DNA of 64,000 nucleotides, taken from contig OY969934.1 of NCBI GenBank assembly GCA_963704725.1, forward strand, positions 3,072,001 through 3,136,000. Direction: 5' to 3'. The position numbers and the translations under genes are program-made. The DNA comes from an uncultured Actinomycetes bacterium. GTDB taxonomy: Bacteria > Actinomycetota > UBA4738 > HRBIN12. Every line of letters begins with the position of its first letter. Positions within the stretch are counted from its first letter, which is position 1. This document shows positions 42,502-51,301 of this stretch, in pieces. The notes beneath the pieces were generated by a model, which was not told where the DNA came from, ran no database searches, and worked only from the letters and a program-made list of their open reading frames with translations.

Positions 42502-44127
42502 GTGAAGACCGAGGATCGACCGGCGCCGCCGGTGGTGGTGGTGAACGACGTGCCGCCACCCGATCCGGATCCCGAACGGCTGCCGCGGCTGATCCGGCCG
42601 GCCGTCGACTTCATCGCCAGGATCCGGGCGAAGGTCCACACGAAGCTCCTGGCCGGGTTCCTCGTGATCGCCGTCCTCATGCTCGGCATGGGCGTGATGA
42701 GCATCTTCGTCATCGGGCGCATGAACCACCAGGCAAACCAGCTCATCGAGCTCCAGCGCCTCAGCGACCTGTCCCGGCAGGGTCTCTACGTCATCACGGC
42801 GCAGAGCCACTACCGGGCGATGGCGCTCAACACCCAGGACGACACGTGGAACGACAAGATCGCGCTCGCCAAGGGGAACTTCCTCGCCCAGCTGAACGGC
42901 ATCGAGGCGGTCGGCGGGCCCGGCGTGCAGGAGACCGTCGACCAGCTCCGCGAGATCAACACGCGGTACGCCGCCGCGGGGGCCGAGGTCCTGGCGCTCT
43001 ACAACCAAGGCGATCTCGACCGCGCGCTCACGCTCCACATCTCCGCCGAGCACGAGATCTCGCACGAGCTCGAGGACCCGCTCAACGCGCTCATCGCCAC
43101 GACGGAGGAGCGGATCGCGCAGGCGTCGGCCCGGCTCGCTTCGCTGCACCATTTCCTGCTGACGTCGGTCGTGACCCTTTCCGCAGTCAGCCTGCTCATC
43201 GCTCTCGGCCTGGGCGCCGTCCTGTCGTGGTCGCTGATCCGCCCGGTCCGCCAGGTGGACCTGGCGCTGGCCCGGATCGCGAGCGGCGACTTCGATGAGC
43301 AGGTGGAGGTCCCCAACCGCGACGAGTTCGGCCGGCTCACCGCCAACCTCAACCGGACGAGCGGCCGGCTGGCCGAGCTCTACACCGACCTCACCACGCT
43401 GAACGAGAACCTCGAGCGGACCGTGGAGGAGCAGCTCGGCCAGATCCGGCGGGCGGAGCGGCTCCGCCGCTACCTGGCGCCGCAGGTGGCCGACGCCGTC
43501 CTGTCCGGCGGCGCGCCGGTGACGCTGGAGTCGACGCGGCGGAACCTCACGATCCTGTTCGCGAACATCCGCGGGTTCACCTCGATGTCCGAGCGCGTCG
43601 AGCCCGAGGAGCTCATCGACTCGCTCAACGAGTACTTCGCGGCCATGACCGACGTGGTGTTCCGGCACGGGGGCACGCTCGACAAGTACGTCGGCGACGG
43701 GATCCTCGCGTTCTTCGGCGACCCCATCCCCTTCGAGGACCACGCGGAGCGCGCGGTGGCGACGGCGCTCGAGATGCGCGCGCACCTACGCGGCCTCCGG
43801 TCGAGGTGGATGGAGCGCCTGCACGAGGAGCTGAACGTCGGCATCGGCATCAGCACCGGCTACGTCACGGTGGGCAACATCGGCTCGGACACCCGGACCG
43901 AGTACACCGTCATCGGCAACCACGTGAACCTGGCCTCGGGGCTCGCGGAGTCGGCCGGCCCGAACCAGATCCTCGTGTCCGAGCGGACCCTGGCCGCCGT
44001 CCGGGGCCGGGTCGAGGCCGAGCCGGTGGACGCCATCACGCTCGAGGACGTGCACCGGCCGGTCCGCATCTTCGAGATCACGAGGGCCGACTTCACCACG
44101 CCGGCCTCGCTGAAGCGCGTCTTCTGA
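42502..44127 (+). CDS. Membrane HAMP-domain class III adenylate/guanylate cyclase
   Basis: Two TM segments, HAMP (NRDEFGRL), FANIRGFT, DKYVGD, GNHVNLAS. Confidence 0.92.
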   Translation: MKTEDRPAPPVVVVNDVPPPDPDPERLPRLIRPAVDFIARIRAKVHTKLLAGFLVIAVLMLGMGVMSIFVIGRMNHQANQLIELQRLSDLSRQGLYVITAQSHYRAMALNTQDDTWNDKIALAKGNFLAQLNGIEAVGGPGVQETVDQLREINTRYAAAGAEVLALYNQGDLDRALTLHISAEHEISHELEDPLNALIATTEERIAQASARLASLHHFLLTSVVTLSAVSLLIALGLGAVLSWSLIRPVRQVDLALARIASGDFDEQVEVPNRDEFGRLTANLNRTSGRLAELYTDLTTLNENLERTVEEQLGQIRRAERLRRYLAPQVADAVLSGGAPVTLESTRRNLTILFANIRGFTSMSERVEPEELIDSLNEYFAAMTDVVFRHGGTLDKYVGDGILAFFGDPIPFEDHAERAVATALEMRAHLRGLRSRWMERLHEELNVGIGISTGYVTVGNIGSDTRTEYTVIGNHVNLASGLAESAGPNQILVSERTLAAVRGRVEAEPVDAITLEDVHRPVRIFEITRADFTTPASLKRVF

Positions 44128-46074
44128 TCAGCGCCAGCGGATCGAGACCACCTCGACGGGTTCGCTGACGCCCTTCAGCTCGGCGGCGTGGCGGTCCGCG
44201 ACCTCCAGCCCCTCGAGCCCATCGACGGTCGACGCGCTCGCCAGGATCTCGCCGCCGCCGGCGAGCGCGCCGATCCGGGCGGCCACGTGCACGCCCATCC
44301 CCGTGTACTTCCCGCCCTGTTGCGCGGCCGCCGCGGCGTGGACGCCGATGCGGACCTGGGGGGCGAACCCGTGCTCGCGCCGGTGCTGGGCGAGCCGACG
44401 CTGGATCTCCCGGGCGCACGCGACCGCGGAGGCAGCGTCGCCGAACGCGATGAAGAACCCGTCGCCCGTGTGGTCGACCTCCTCCCCGCCGTGCTCCGCG
44501 AAGCACCGCCGGAGCGACTCGTCGTGCCACCGGCGGAGATCGGTCCACGCCTCGTCGCCGATCGCCTCGAGCAGGGCCGTCGAGCCGGTGATGTCGGTGA
44601 AGACGAACGTCCGGTCGGCCTGCGCGGGAGCCGTCGCCGGGCGGAAGGCCGCCATCCGCGCCTCGGCCTCGCGAAGGTCTGGCCCCGCGCCGAGCTGCGC
44701 GAAGAGCGACCGGGCGCCCTCGAGCTCGATCGCGGCGCCCTCGCGGTCGCCCTCGGCGGCGAGCGCCTCGGCCAGGAGCCGGCTCGCCCGGGCGATCTCG
44801 TACGGAGCCTCGACCGACCGCCAGAGCTGCCGGGCCCGCAGGAACCGGCGCGAGGCGCTCCCCTCACCGGCCGTGAGCTCCGCCAGGCCGTGGGCCCACT
44901 CCGCGCCGGCCCGGATCGCGTCGCTGCCGAACGCCTCCGCCATGTCGTCGAGCTCGGCCGCGGTGGACCACGCAAGCCCGGCATCGCCCGCGCGCCACGC
45001 GATCTCGGCCTGGGCGGGCAGGAGACGGGCCCGCATCAGGCGGTTCCACTCCAGATCGTCCAGGCTCCGGCGGATCGAGGCCGCGGCCTCGTCCACCTTG
45101 TCCTCGCGCAGCAGGAGCAACGCCCTGCCCGGCTGCGGGTCCGCGCCGAGCTCGGTCGCCCGGCGGAAGGCGTCCTCGGCCCCGGCGCCGTCGCCCATCC
45201 GGAGCCGGATCTCGCCGAGCTCGTGGAAGGCCTCGCCGGCGTGCATCGGGCTGAACTCGGACAGCTCGTCCGTGGCCTTCTGCAGCTCGGTGTCCGCTTC
45301 GGCCCAGCTCCCGAGCAGCCGCATCACCTCGGCGCGGCGCACGCGACAGATGCCCGGGAAGCCGCTGATCGACTGGCGCTCGCACCACCGCGTGGCGACG
45401 TCGGCCCACTCGCTCGCGCGGCGGTAGTCCGCGAGGTCGCGGCCGGCGCTGATGGCGTTGCAGAACACGGCTCCGGTCGTGTAGGCGCCCAGCTCGCCGC
45501 CGACGGCTGCGGCGCAGACCTCTTCCATCATGGGCCAGCCCTCGGCGACGCGCCCCATGTCGAGCAGGAGCATCCCCGAGTACGTGGAGGCCCAGGCGTG
45601 CAGATCGACGTCGCCGATCCTGTCCGCGATCTCGAGGCCCCGCCGCACGTGGGCCAGGGCCTCCTCGAGCCGGCCGAGACCCCACGGCGCGGTGGCCCTC
45701 GCGAGCTCGAGGTATCCCTGGGCCACGGACTCCGGCTCCTCGGCCAGGAGCCGCTCGGCGCGGGTGAGCCATCCCTGCGCCACGGATCTCGCGAGCTTGG
45801 TGGCGTTCGCGCGCCGCAGGGTCAGGGCCACGAAAGCGGCCCGGGACCGGTCGCCGCGTTCGATGTGCCGCGCGTAGGCGCGCTCGAAGACCTCGATCGC
45901 CTCGTTGTGTCGGCCCACCCACCACGCCGACTTCGCCAGGGCCTCGAGGTCGGCGGCGTCGAGCTCCTCCGTCCCGTTCGCCGCCGCGAGCGCCTCGTAC
46001 GCCTCGGGCCATGCGCGCCGATCGACGGCCCGGCGACCGGTCTCGAGCTGCTCCTGCGTGGCGGGGGCGACCAT
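44128..46074 (-). CDS. TPR-like helical protein with a C-terminal class III cyclase domain
   Basis: Helical repeats; FTDITGST, TGDGFF, VRIGVH, VHVAARI. Confidence 0.9.
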   Translation of the reverse strand: MVAPATQEQLETGRRAVDRRAWPEAYEALAAANGTEELDAADLEALAKSAWWVGRHNEAIEVFERAYARHIERGDRSRAAFVALTLRRANATKLARSVAQGWLTRAERLLAEEPESVAQGYLELARATAPWGLGRLEEALAHVRRGLEIADRIGDVDLHAWASTYSGMLLLDMGRVAEGWPMMEEVCAAAVGGELGAYTTGAVFCNAISAGRDLADYRRASEWADVATRWCERQSISGFPGICRVRRAEVMRLLGSWAEADTELQKATDELSEFSPMHAGEAFHELGEIRLRMGDGAGAEDAFRRATELGADPQPGRALLLLREDKVDEAAASIRRSLDDLEWNRLMRARLLPAQAEIAWRAGDAGLAWSTAAELDDMAEAFGSDAIRAGAEWAHGLAELTAGEGSASRRFLRARQLWRSVEAPYEIARASRLLAEALAAEGDREGAAIELEGARSLFAQLGAGPDLREAEARMAAFRPATAPAQADRTFVFTDITGSTALLEAIGDEAWTDLRRWHDESLRRCFAEHGGEEVDHTGDGFFIAFGDAASAVACAREIQRRLAQHRREHGFAPQVRIGVHAAAAAQQGGKYTGMGVHVAARIGALAGGGEILASASTVDGLEGLEVADRHAAELKGVSEPVEVVSIRWR

Positions 46075-46173
46075 CCGAGGATTGTGCGGCCGGGTGCCGG
46101 ATGCGGCAACGACTCGGCAGGACCTCGAGCGGTCACCGATCCGAAGGTCGCCGCTCGGCCGGCCGAGGTCCGG

Positions 46174-46767
46174 TCAGCCGGTCTCGTCGCCCATGACGGA
46201 GCTGCCGATGAACACGGCGCCCGCGGCGATCGCCAGGCGCTTGGAGGTGATGTCGCCCTCGACGCGGGCACGGGGTCCGAGCTCCACCTTCCCGAGGCCC
46301 ACGACGTCGCCCTTGACCACCCCGCCGATCTGGACGTTGCGAGCCCGGATGCTCCCGTCGAGGCGGCTCTCGGCGGGCAGGGACACGTCGCCCTTGGCCG
46401 CGAGGTTGCCCTTGACCTGACCGGCCAGCGTGATGTCGGTGGCCTGGATGTTGGCCTCCACCCGGCCCCCGGCCGACAGGGATACCTCCTTCTCCGCGCT
46501 GATCCGGCCCTTGACCTCGCCGTCGACGCGGAGGGAGCCGGCCGCCACCACGGTGCCCTCGATCCTCGTCCCCCGGCTCACCACGGAGAGGTCGGCGGGG
46601 TCCTGCGAGCGGTCCATGCTCACCTCCTGCGCAGCGCGCGTCTCGTCCCGTTCCACCGTCGAGGCGTGAGGCGCCTCCGCGACCTCCGCCGGCTCGGTCG
46701 TGGGGATCCGAGATCCCTGCGGCGCATCCGACTCGTCTCGGCCTCGGGAATGGCGCCAGCGGCCCAT
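46174..46767 (-). CDS. Bactofilin (polymer-forming cytoskeletal protein)
   Basis: LRVDGEVKG, VEGDIT..LAIAAGAVFIG. Confidence 0.9.
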   Translation of the reverse strand: MGRWRHSRGRDESDAPQGSRIPTTEPAEVAEAPHASTVERDETRAAQEVSMDRSQDPADLSVVSRGTRIEGTVVAAGSLRVDGEVKGRISAEKEVSLSAGGRVEANIQATDITLAGQVKGNLAAKGDVSLPAESRLDGSIRARNVQIGGVVKGDVVGLGKVELGPRARVEGDITSKRLAIAAGAVFIGSSVMGDETG

Positions 46768-46774
46768 CGGCCTC

Positions 46775-47158
46775 CTAGGGTGAGGGCCGGCGGATGCGCA
46801 CCCGCAGGATGTCGCGAAGGCTGACGATCCCCACGAGGTTCTTCCCCTCGACGACCGGCAGGTGGCGGAATCCCTGGCCCATCATGATCTCGGCGGCGTC
46901 CTCCGCGTCCACGTCGGGGGTCGCGGTGACGGGCTCCTCGGTCATCCAGTCGCCGACCCGGGCCGAGGGCAGGTCGGCGCCCGATGCCGCCGCGCGGAGC
47001 ACGTCGCGCTCGGTGAAGATCCCCACCAGCCAGCTGCCCTCGGTGATCACCGCGGATCCGAATCGCCCCTTCAGCATGCTCGCCGCCACCTCTGCGACCG
47101 AGGCGTCCCGGGTCGTCGTGAAGACGTCGCCGGTCATGATCTCCTTCAGGTTCGGCAT
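46775..47158 (-). CDS. CBS-domain pair protein
   Basis: GIFTERD, FRHLPVV, GIVSLRD. Confidence 0.92.
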   Translation of the reverse strand: MPNLKEIMTGDVFTTTRDASVAEVAASMLKGRFGSAVITEGSWLVGIFTERDVLRAAASGADLPSARVGDWMTEEPVTATPDVDAEDAAEIMMGQGFRHLPVVEGKNLVGIVSLRDILRVRIRRPSP

Positions 47159-47167
47159 GCCCGCCCC

Positions 47168-47428
47168 TCAGCCGCCCTCGCCGCCGACCTCGTGGTGCTC
47201 CGAGTCCTCGAGCGGGGTGGCGGCCTCGGCGACGTCCACGTTGAGCCGTCGCCACAGCGCACCCGCCCACGAGCCGACATGGGGCCAGCGCTGCCAGAAG
47301 ACCTGCAGGGTCGCATCGTCGAGCGATCCCGCCGCCTCGTCCGCCGTCATCGAGTCGGCGACGCCCTCGAACTCCTCGATCGCGCGTAGCAGACGTTCGG
47401 CGTCGTCCACGGCCCTCTCCTCGTTCAC
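47168..47428 (-). CDS. Hypothetical protein
   Basis: 86-aa ORF co-oriented within the operon. Confidence 0.65.
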   Translation of the reverse strand: MNEERAVDDAERLLRAIEEFEGVADSMTADEAAGSLDDATLQVFWQRWPHVGSWAGALWRRLNVDVAEAATPLEDSEHHEVGGEGG

Positions 47429-47507
47429 CTGCGCGAGTCTAGTCCGAGCCGCCCTCGATCCGCCGGGCCGCGATCCGGTGGCGCGGCTCGCGCACGGCTC
47501 GACCGGC

Positions 47508-48602
47508 TCAGGCGGTGGGGACCCCCAGCACGTAGTCCTCGTCCTCGGGATCCCACTCCAGCGTGATCACGCCCTGGGTGTCGGCGGCCTTGACGAATTG
47601 CAGGAAGCTCCCGTAGCCGAACGTCTTCTCGCTGAAGCCGGGCTGGACCTTGCGCACCTTGTTCTTGAGCCCCGACAGGTTCGCCGTCTGGCGCTTCGCC
47701 TGCAGGTCGGCCACCACGGATCGGAGCAGGGCGAAGGCCTCCGTCTCGCCGCCGTGGACCGGCAGGGAGACCTCGGGGTCGCCCTTGGCCGAGCCCTCGC
47801 TCAGCTCGATCACGTTGCGCTCGGCCAGGTGCCGGAGCAGCTCGCCGAACGCGCGGAAGCCGTACTCGCCCTCGTTGAACGTGGGGTCCTTCCGCAACAA
47901 CGCGCGCTTGATCGTCGAGGCGAGCACCGTGCCGCCCGAGGACCGCTGCAGCCCCGCCACCGTCTGGGCCACGCGCACCGCGAGCTCGTCGAGGTCGCGC
48001 GGCGCCTCCTCGGCGACCGGCTCCACCTCCTCGGCCGGCGGCTCCGGCGTGGCGGCCTTCTTCTTCGTGGACCGCCCGCCGCGCGACCCACCGCTCCGGC
48101 GGCGGCCGGCGCCGGACGGGACGTCCACGCCGTCGAGCGTCTCGTAGAACAGGAACTCGTCGCACGCCGGCGGGAGCAGCGCCGAGGTCGAGTCCTTGAT
48201 CCCGACGCCGATCACGTGCTTGTTCAGCTCGCGGAGCTTGTGGACGAGCGGCGTGAGGTCGCTGTCGCCCGTGCAGATGACGAACGTCGTGATGTAGTCG
48301 CGCTCGAACGCCATCTCCATCGCGTCGACGGCCATCTTGATGTCGCCGGCGTTCTTCCGCGAGGCCCGCATGCGCTGCGGGATCTCGATCAGCTCGACCT
48401 GCCACCGGGTGAGCATCCGGCGGTCCTCGTCGAACGCCGACCAGTCCGCGTACGCCTTGCGGGCGATCACCCTGCCGCGCTCGGCGAGCGCGTCGAGCAC
48501 GGGCTTGAGGTCGAAGGTCAGGCCGCCGAGCGCGTCGCGCGCCCCGATGGCCAGGTTCTCGTAGTCCAGGAACAGCGCGATCCGTTCGTCGTCGGCATCC
48601 AC
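47508..48602 (-). CDS. NYN (LabA/DUF88) RNase with OST-HTH/LOTUS domains
   Basis: FLDYEN, KNAGDIKMAVDA, GDSDLTP; two F.E..YG/FG LOTUS motifs. Confidence 0.92.
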   Translation of the reverse strand: MDADDERIALFLDYENLAIGARDALGGLTFDLKPVLDALAERGRVIARKAYADWSAFDEDRRMLTRWQVELIEIPQRMRASRKNAGDIKMAVDAMEMAFERDYITTFVICTGDSDLTPLVHKLRELNKHVIGVGIKDSTSALLPPACDEFLFYETLDGVDVPSGAGRRRSGGSRGGRSTKKKAATPEPPAEEVEPVAEEAPRDLDELAVRVAQTVAGLQRSSGGTVLASTIKRALLRKDPTFNEGEYGFRAFGELLRHLAERNVIELSEGSAKGDPEVSLPVHGGETEAFALLRSVVADLQAKRQTANLSGLKNKVRKVQPGFSEKTFGYGSFLQFVKAADTQGVITLEWDPEDEDYVLGVPTA

Positions 48603-48611
48603 GGCCCCACC

Positions 48612-49886
48612 CTAGTCATCCGACGCCGCCCCGGCGAGCGCCGCCTCCAACACGGGGTCGTGCCCGCCGAAGTAGTCCGAGGACGTGAACGGCACCCTGA
48701 CGCCCGGCTCGACCGTCGTCCTCGGATCGCCCCGGTCGCCGAAGTGCCGCTCCGAGACGAGCGCCCGGAGGCCGGAGTTCGGCAGGGTCACGGTGGCGGG
48801 GTCGGCCCAGAAGCTCGGCGCGCCGCCGGTGTCCTCGCCGACGAGCAGGACGTTCGGCGCTCGCCGCTCGAGCAGGACCACCAGGCTCACCGCCGCGGAG
48901 AACGTCAGGCGGCCGACGAGGACGACGAGCCGGTCGACGGGTCCGCTCGCCAGGAACCGCAGCAGGTCCCGGTAGCCGCCGGCCTCCCCGCCCCCGTTGC
49001 TCCTGAGGTCGAGCACGAGCCGGTCGACCGGGCGTTCGCGCATCGCCGCGCGGATGGCCTCCACGAGCTCGGCGCTGCTCTCCTCGACGTGGTCGTAGCG
49101 CACCACGAGCGCACCCGGGGCCGGGGCGCCGATGGTGAACTCCTCGTCGAGGTCCCGGAGGAACGCGAGCCCGGGGCGTTCGGGGAGCGGCAGCTCCCAT
49201 CCGCCGACCCAGTCCGCGAACGTCTCGCCGTCGACCGCCTCCACCGCGACCACACGGCGACTCCCATCCGGCGCCTCGACCTCGAGCTCCATCGTCAGCC
49301 GATCGTGTGCGATGCCGAGGCCGGCGAGCACCTCGGCGCTCGTGAGGAACACGGTCCGCGCGGCCCGCAGGTTCGACGCGTTGTCCCTCGGCACCACCGG
49401 ATCGAGCCGATCGAGCACCTCGGCGATCGGCACGCCGTCGACGGCGACGATCCGGGAGCCCACCAGGTCCTCGTTCGGCGCCCGGGCCGCGGTCACGAAC
49501 AGCCCCTCGGGGAACTCCCAGACGCGGAGCGGGAACCGGTGGATCGCCTGCGTGTTGTCCGGGGGCCACACTCCCATGTGCCCGTCGCGACCGTTCGAGC
49601 TGATCATCGCCACGAGCCGCATGACGCCGACGAGGACCTCGTCGTCGTCCAGCTCCGGCAGACGCGCCACGAGGCCGTCCACCGCCGCCCCGAACGTCTC
49701 GCGCGACACGCCGTGGAACAGGTCGGGGTGCAGCGACTCCATCCGCTCGACGAGGTACGCGATGTCCTCGGCCCATCGGCGCTCCCTCGTCGCGACGACC
49801 GGACCCGACGGCGACCGGCGCAGGGTCGACGATCCAGGGGTGCACCCGGAGACCGCGAGGAGCAGGCAGACGCAGAGGGCCAGCAC
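48612..49886 (-). CDS. S41-peptidase-like lipoprotein
   Basis: VSGC lipobox, DGH, LDLRSNGGG, TFSAA, GEDTGG. Confidence 0.8.
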   Translation of the reverse strand: MLALCVCLLLAVSGCTPGSSTLRRSPSGPVVATRERRWAEDIAYLVERMESLHPDLFHGVSRETFGAAVDGLVARLPELDDDEVLVGVMRLVAMISSNGRDGHMGVWPPDNTQAIHRFPLRVWEFPEGLFVTAARAPNEDLVGSRIVAVDGVPIAEVLDRLDPVVPRDNASNLRAARTVFLTSAEVLAGLGIAHDRLTMELEVEAPDGSRRVVAVEAVDGETFADWVGGWELPLPERPGLAFLRDLDEEFTIGAPAPGALVVRYDHVEESSAELVEAIRAAMRERPVDRLVLDLRSNGGGEAGGYRDLLRFLASGPVDRLVVLVGRLTFSAAVSLVVLLERRAPNVLLVGEDTGGAPSFWADPATVTLPNSGLRALVSERHFGDRGDPRTTVEPGVRVPFTSSDYFGGHDPVLEAALAGAASDD

Positions 49887-49918
49887 CCTCCGGCTCCGTC
49901 CCGTCGAGCGAGAGATCC

Positions 49919-49950
49919 TACGGATCCGTGCTATATAGCACGGATCCGTA
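49919..49950. promoter_or_regulatory. Perfect 32-bp palindrome, putative MarR operator
   Basis: TACGGATCCGTGCTAT|ATAGCACGGATCCGTA between divergent genes. Confidence 0.75.
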
Positions 49951-50022
49951 TTATCGGTTCCGCCGTGCTAGGCTCGTCCGGTGCCTGCGCGGCGACGCTC
50001 CCCCCAGATCGACGACTCGGCG

Positions 50023-50520
50023 ATGTGGCGGCCGCAGCTCGGGAGTCCGACGTCGATCCTGTTCGACGTCTTCGTGCTCGGCCAGCGAACCCGTGCCCTC
50101 GTGGCCGAGGCCATGCGCGACGCCCCGCTGCCGCCGGAGGCCTACGCCGTGTACAGCGCGGTGTTCGAGAACGGACCGCTCACGCTCACGGAACTCGCAA
50201 CACAGCTCGGGATGCCGCTCACGACGGTCGCCGACGCCCTCCGGCCCATGACCGAGCGACGCCACGTCCGCCGGACGCCGCATCCGGCCGACGGGCGGGC
50301 CACGCTGCTCTCGCTCACCCCCGAGGGCCTGCGAACGCACCGCCGGGCGTCGCGCTCGTTCGAGGGCGCCTATCGCGCGCTCGTCGCCGAGCTCGGGGAC
50401 CTCGAGGAGGCGACGGCCAGGGAGGTCCTCCAGTCGCTCGCCTCGAGCGCCGAGCGCGCGCTCGGCTCCCTCCTGTCCCCCGCGGTCGGCCGCTCCGGCT
50501 TGAGTCGCCGCGCGTTGACC
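50023..50520 (+). CDS. MarR family regulator (3' end uncertain; frame runs on into the next gene)
   Basis: LTLTELA..TTVADAL, PHPADGRATLLSLTPEG. Confidence 0.85.
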
Positions 50521-50572
50521 GGAGCCCCGGCGCCCGGAAGAATCGGCCGGTCGATCGACGGAGGGGGACCGC

Positions 50573-51103
50573 GTGCTGGCAACGAGCGTGTACCTGATCG
50601 TGTTCCGGGCCGTGCACATCCTCGGGGCCGTGGCCTGGGGAGGCTCTGCCTACCTGCTCGTGGTGTACGTCCAGCCGAGCGTCGCCTCGATCGCGCCCGC
50701 CGGCGCCCCCTTCATGCGCGAGCTGCTGGGACGGCGGAAGCTGATCGACGGGATCCTGTTGCTCGGCGGGATCACGGTCGTCGGCGGCCTCTTCCTGTAC
50801 TGGCACGACTGGCACGCCTACGGCGGCCTGGGGGACTTCTTGGGGAGCGCGTTCGGGCTGTCGCTGACGATCGGGGCGGTCGCGGCCATCGGGGCGCTCG
50901 CGGTCGGAGGCTCCGTCACCAAGCCGAACGCCCGGCGGATGCTGGCGCTCGGCGGCCAGATCGCGCAGGGGGGAGGCGAGCCGAGCGCGGAGCAGGCCCG
51001 TGAGCTCCAGGCCATCCAGGGCCGGCTGAAGGCCGCGGCCCGGACGAGCCTCGTGCTCATCGTGATCGCCGCGTTCGAGATGGCGACCGCTCGGTACTGG
51101 TGA
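50573..51103 (+). CDS. Four-TM membrane protein
   Basis: VHILGAVAWGG and further hydrophobic helices. Confidence 0.8.
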   Translation: MLATSVYLIVFRAVHILGAVAWGGSAYLLVVYVQPSVASIAPAGAPFMRELLGRRKLIDGILLLGGITVVGGLFLYWHDWHAYGGLGDFLGSAFGLSLTIGAVAAIGALAVGGSVTKPNARRMLALGGQIAQGGGEPSAEQARELQAIQGRLKAAARTSLVLIVIAAFEMATARYW

Positions 51104-51301
51104 GGGCGGGATCGCCTCAGTCAATACGCGGTTCGGGGTGACCGGACGCAGAAATCGTGCGCACGACACCGTATTGATTCTGGCGTGGCAAACCCGGTTA
51201 CCTGACTCGTTGCCATCGACGCGGCCCCATCGAGTCGAGGAGGTGACGCCCCAGGGGGCGCCGCGTTCCGGACCCTTCGCACGTGATCGGGGGTAAGGCA
51301 G

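Noticed and set aside
42502-46074. Cyclases as Pycsar/CBASS signal generators for the island's membrane-effector-like genes
   Set aside because: They are 25 kb away, have ordinary HAMP and TPR signalling architectures, and no effector is adjacent
47508-48602. NYN-LOTUS protein as a novel defence RNase
   Set aside because: Widespread known architecture, here in a housekeeping-like context
49981-51003. 340-aa extended MarR fusion
   Set aside because: The extension is low-complexity and overlaps a good membrane-protein gene in another frame; likely a lost stop or indel
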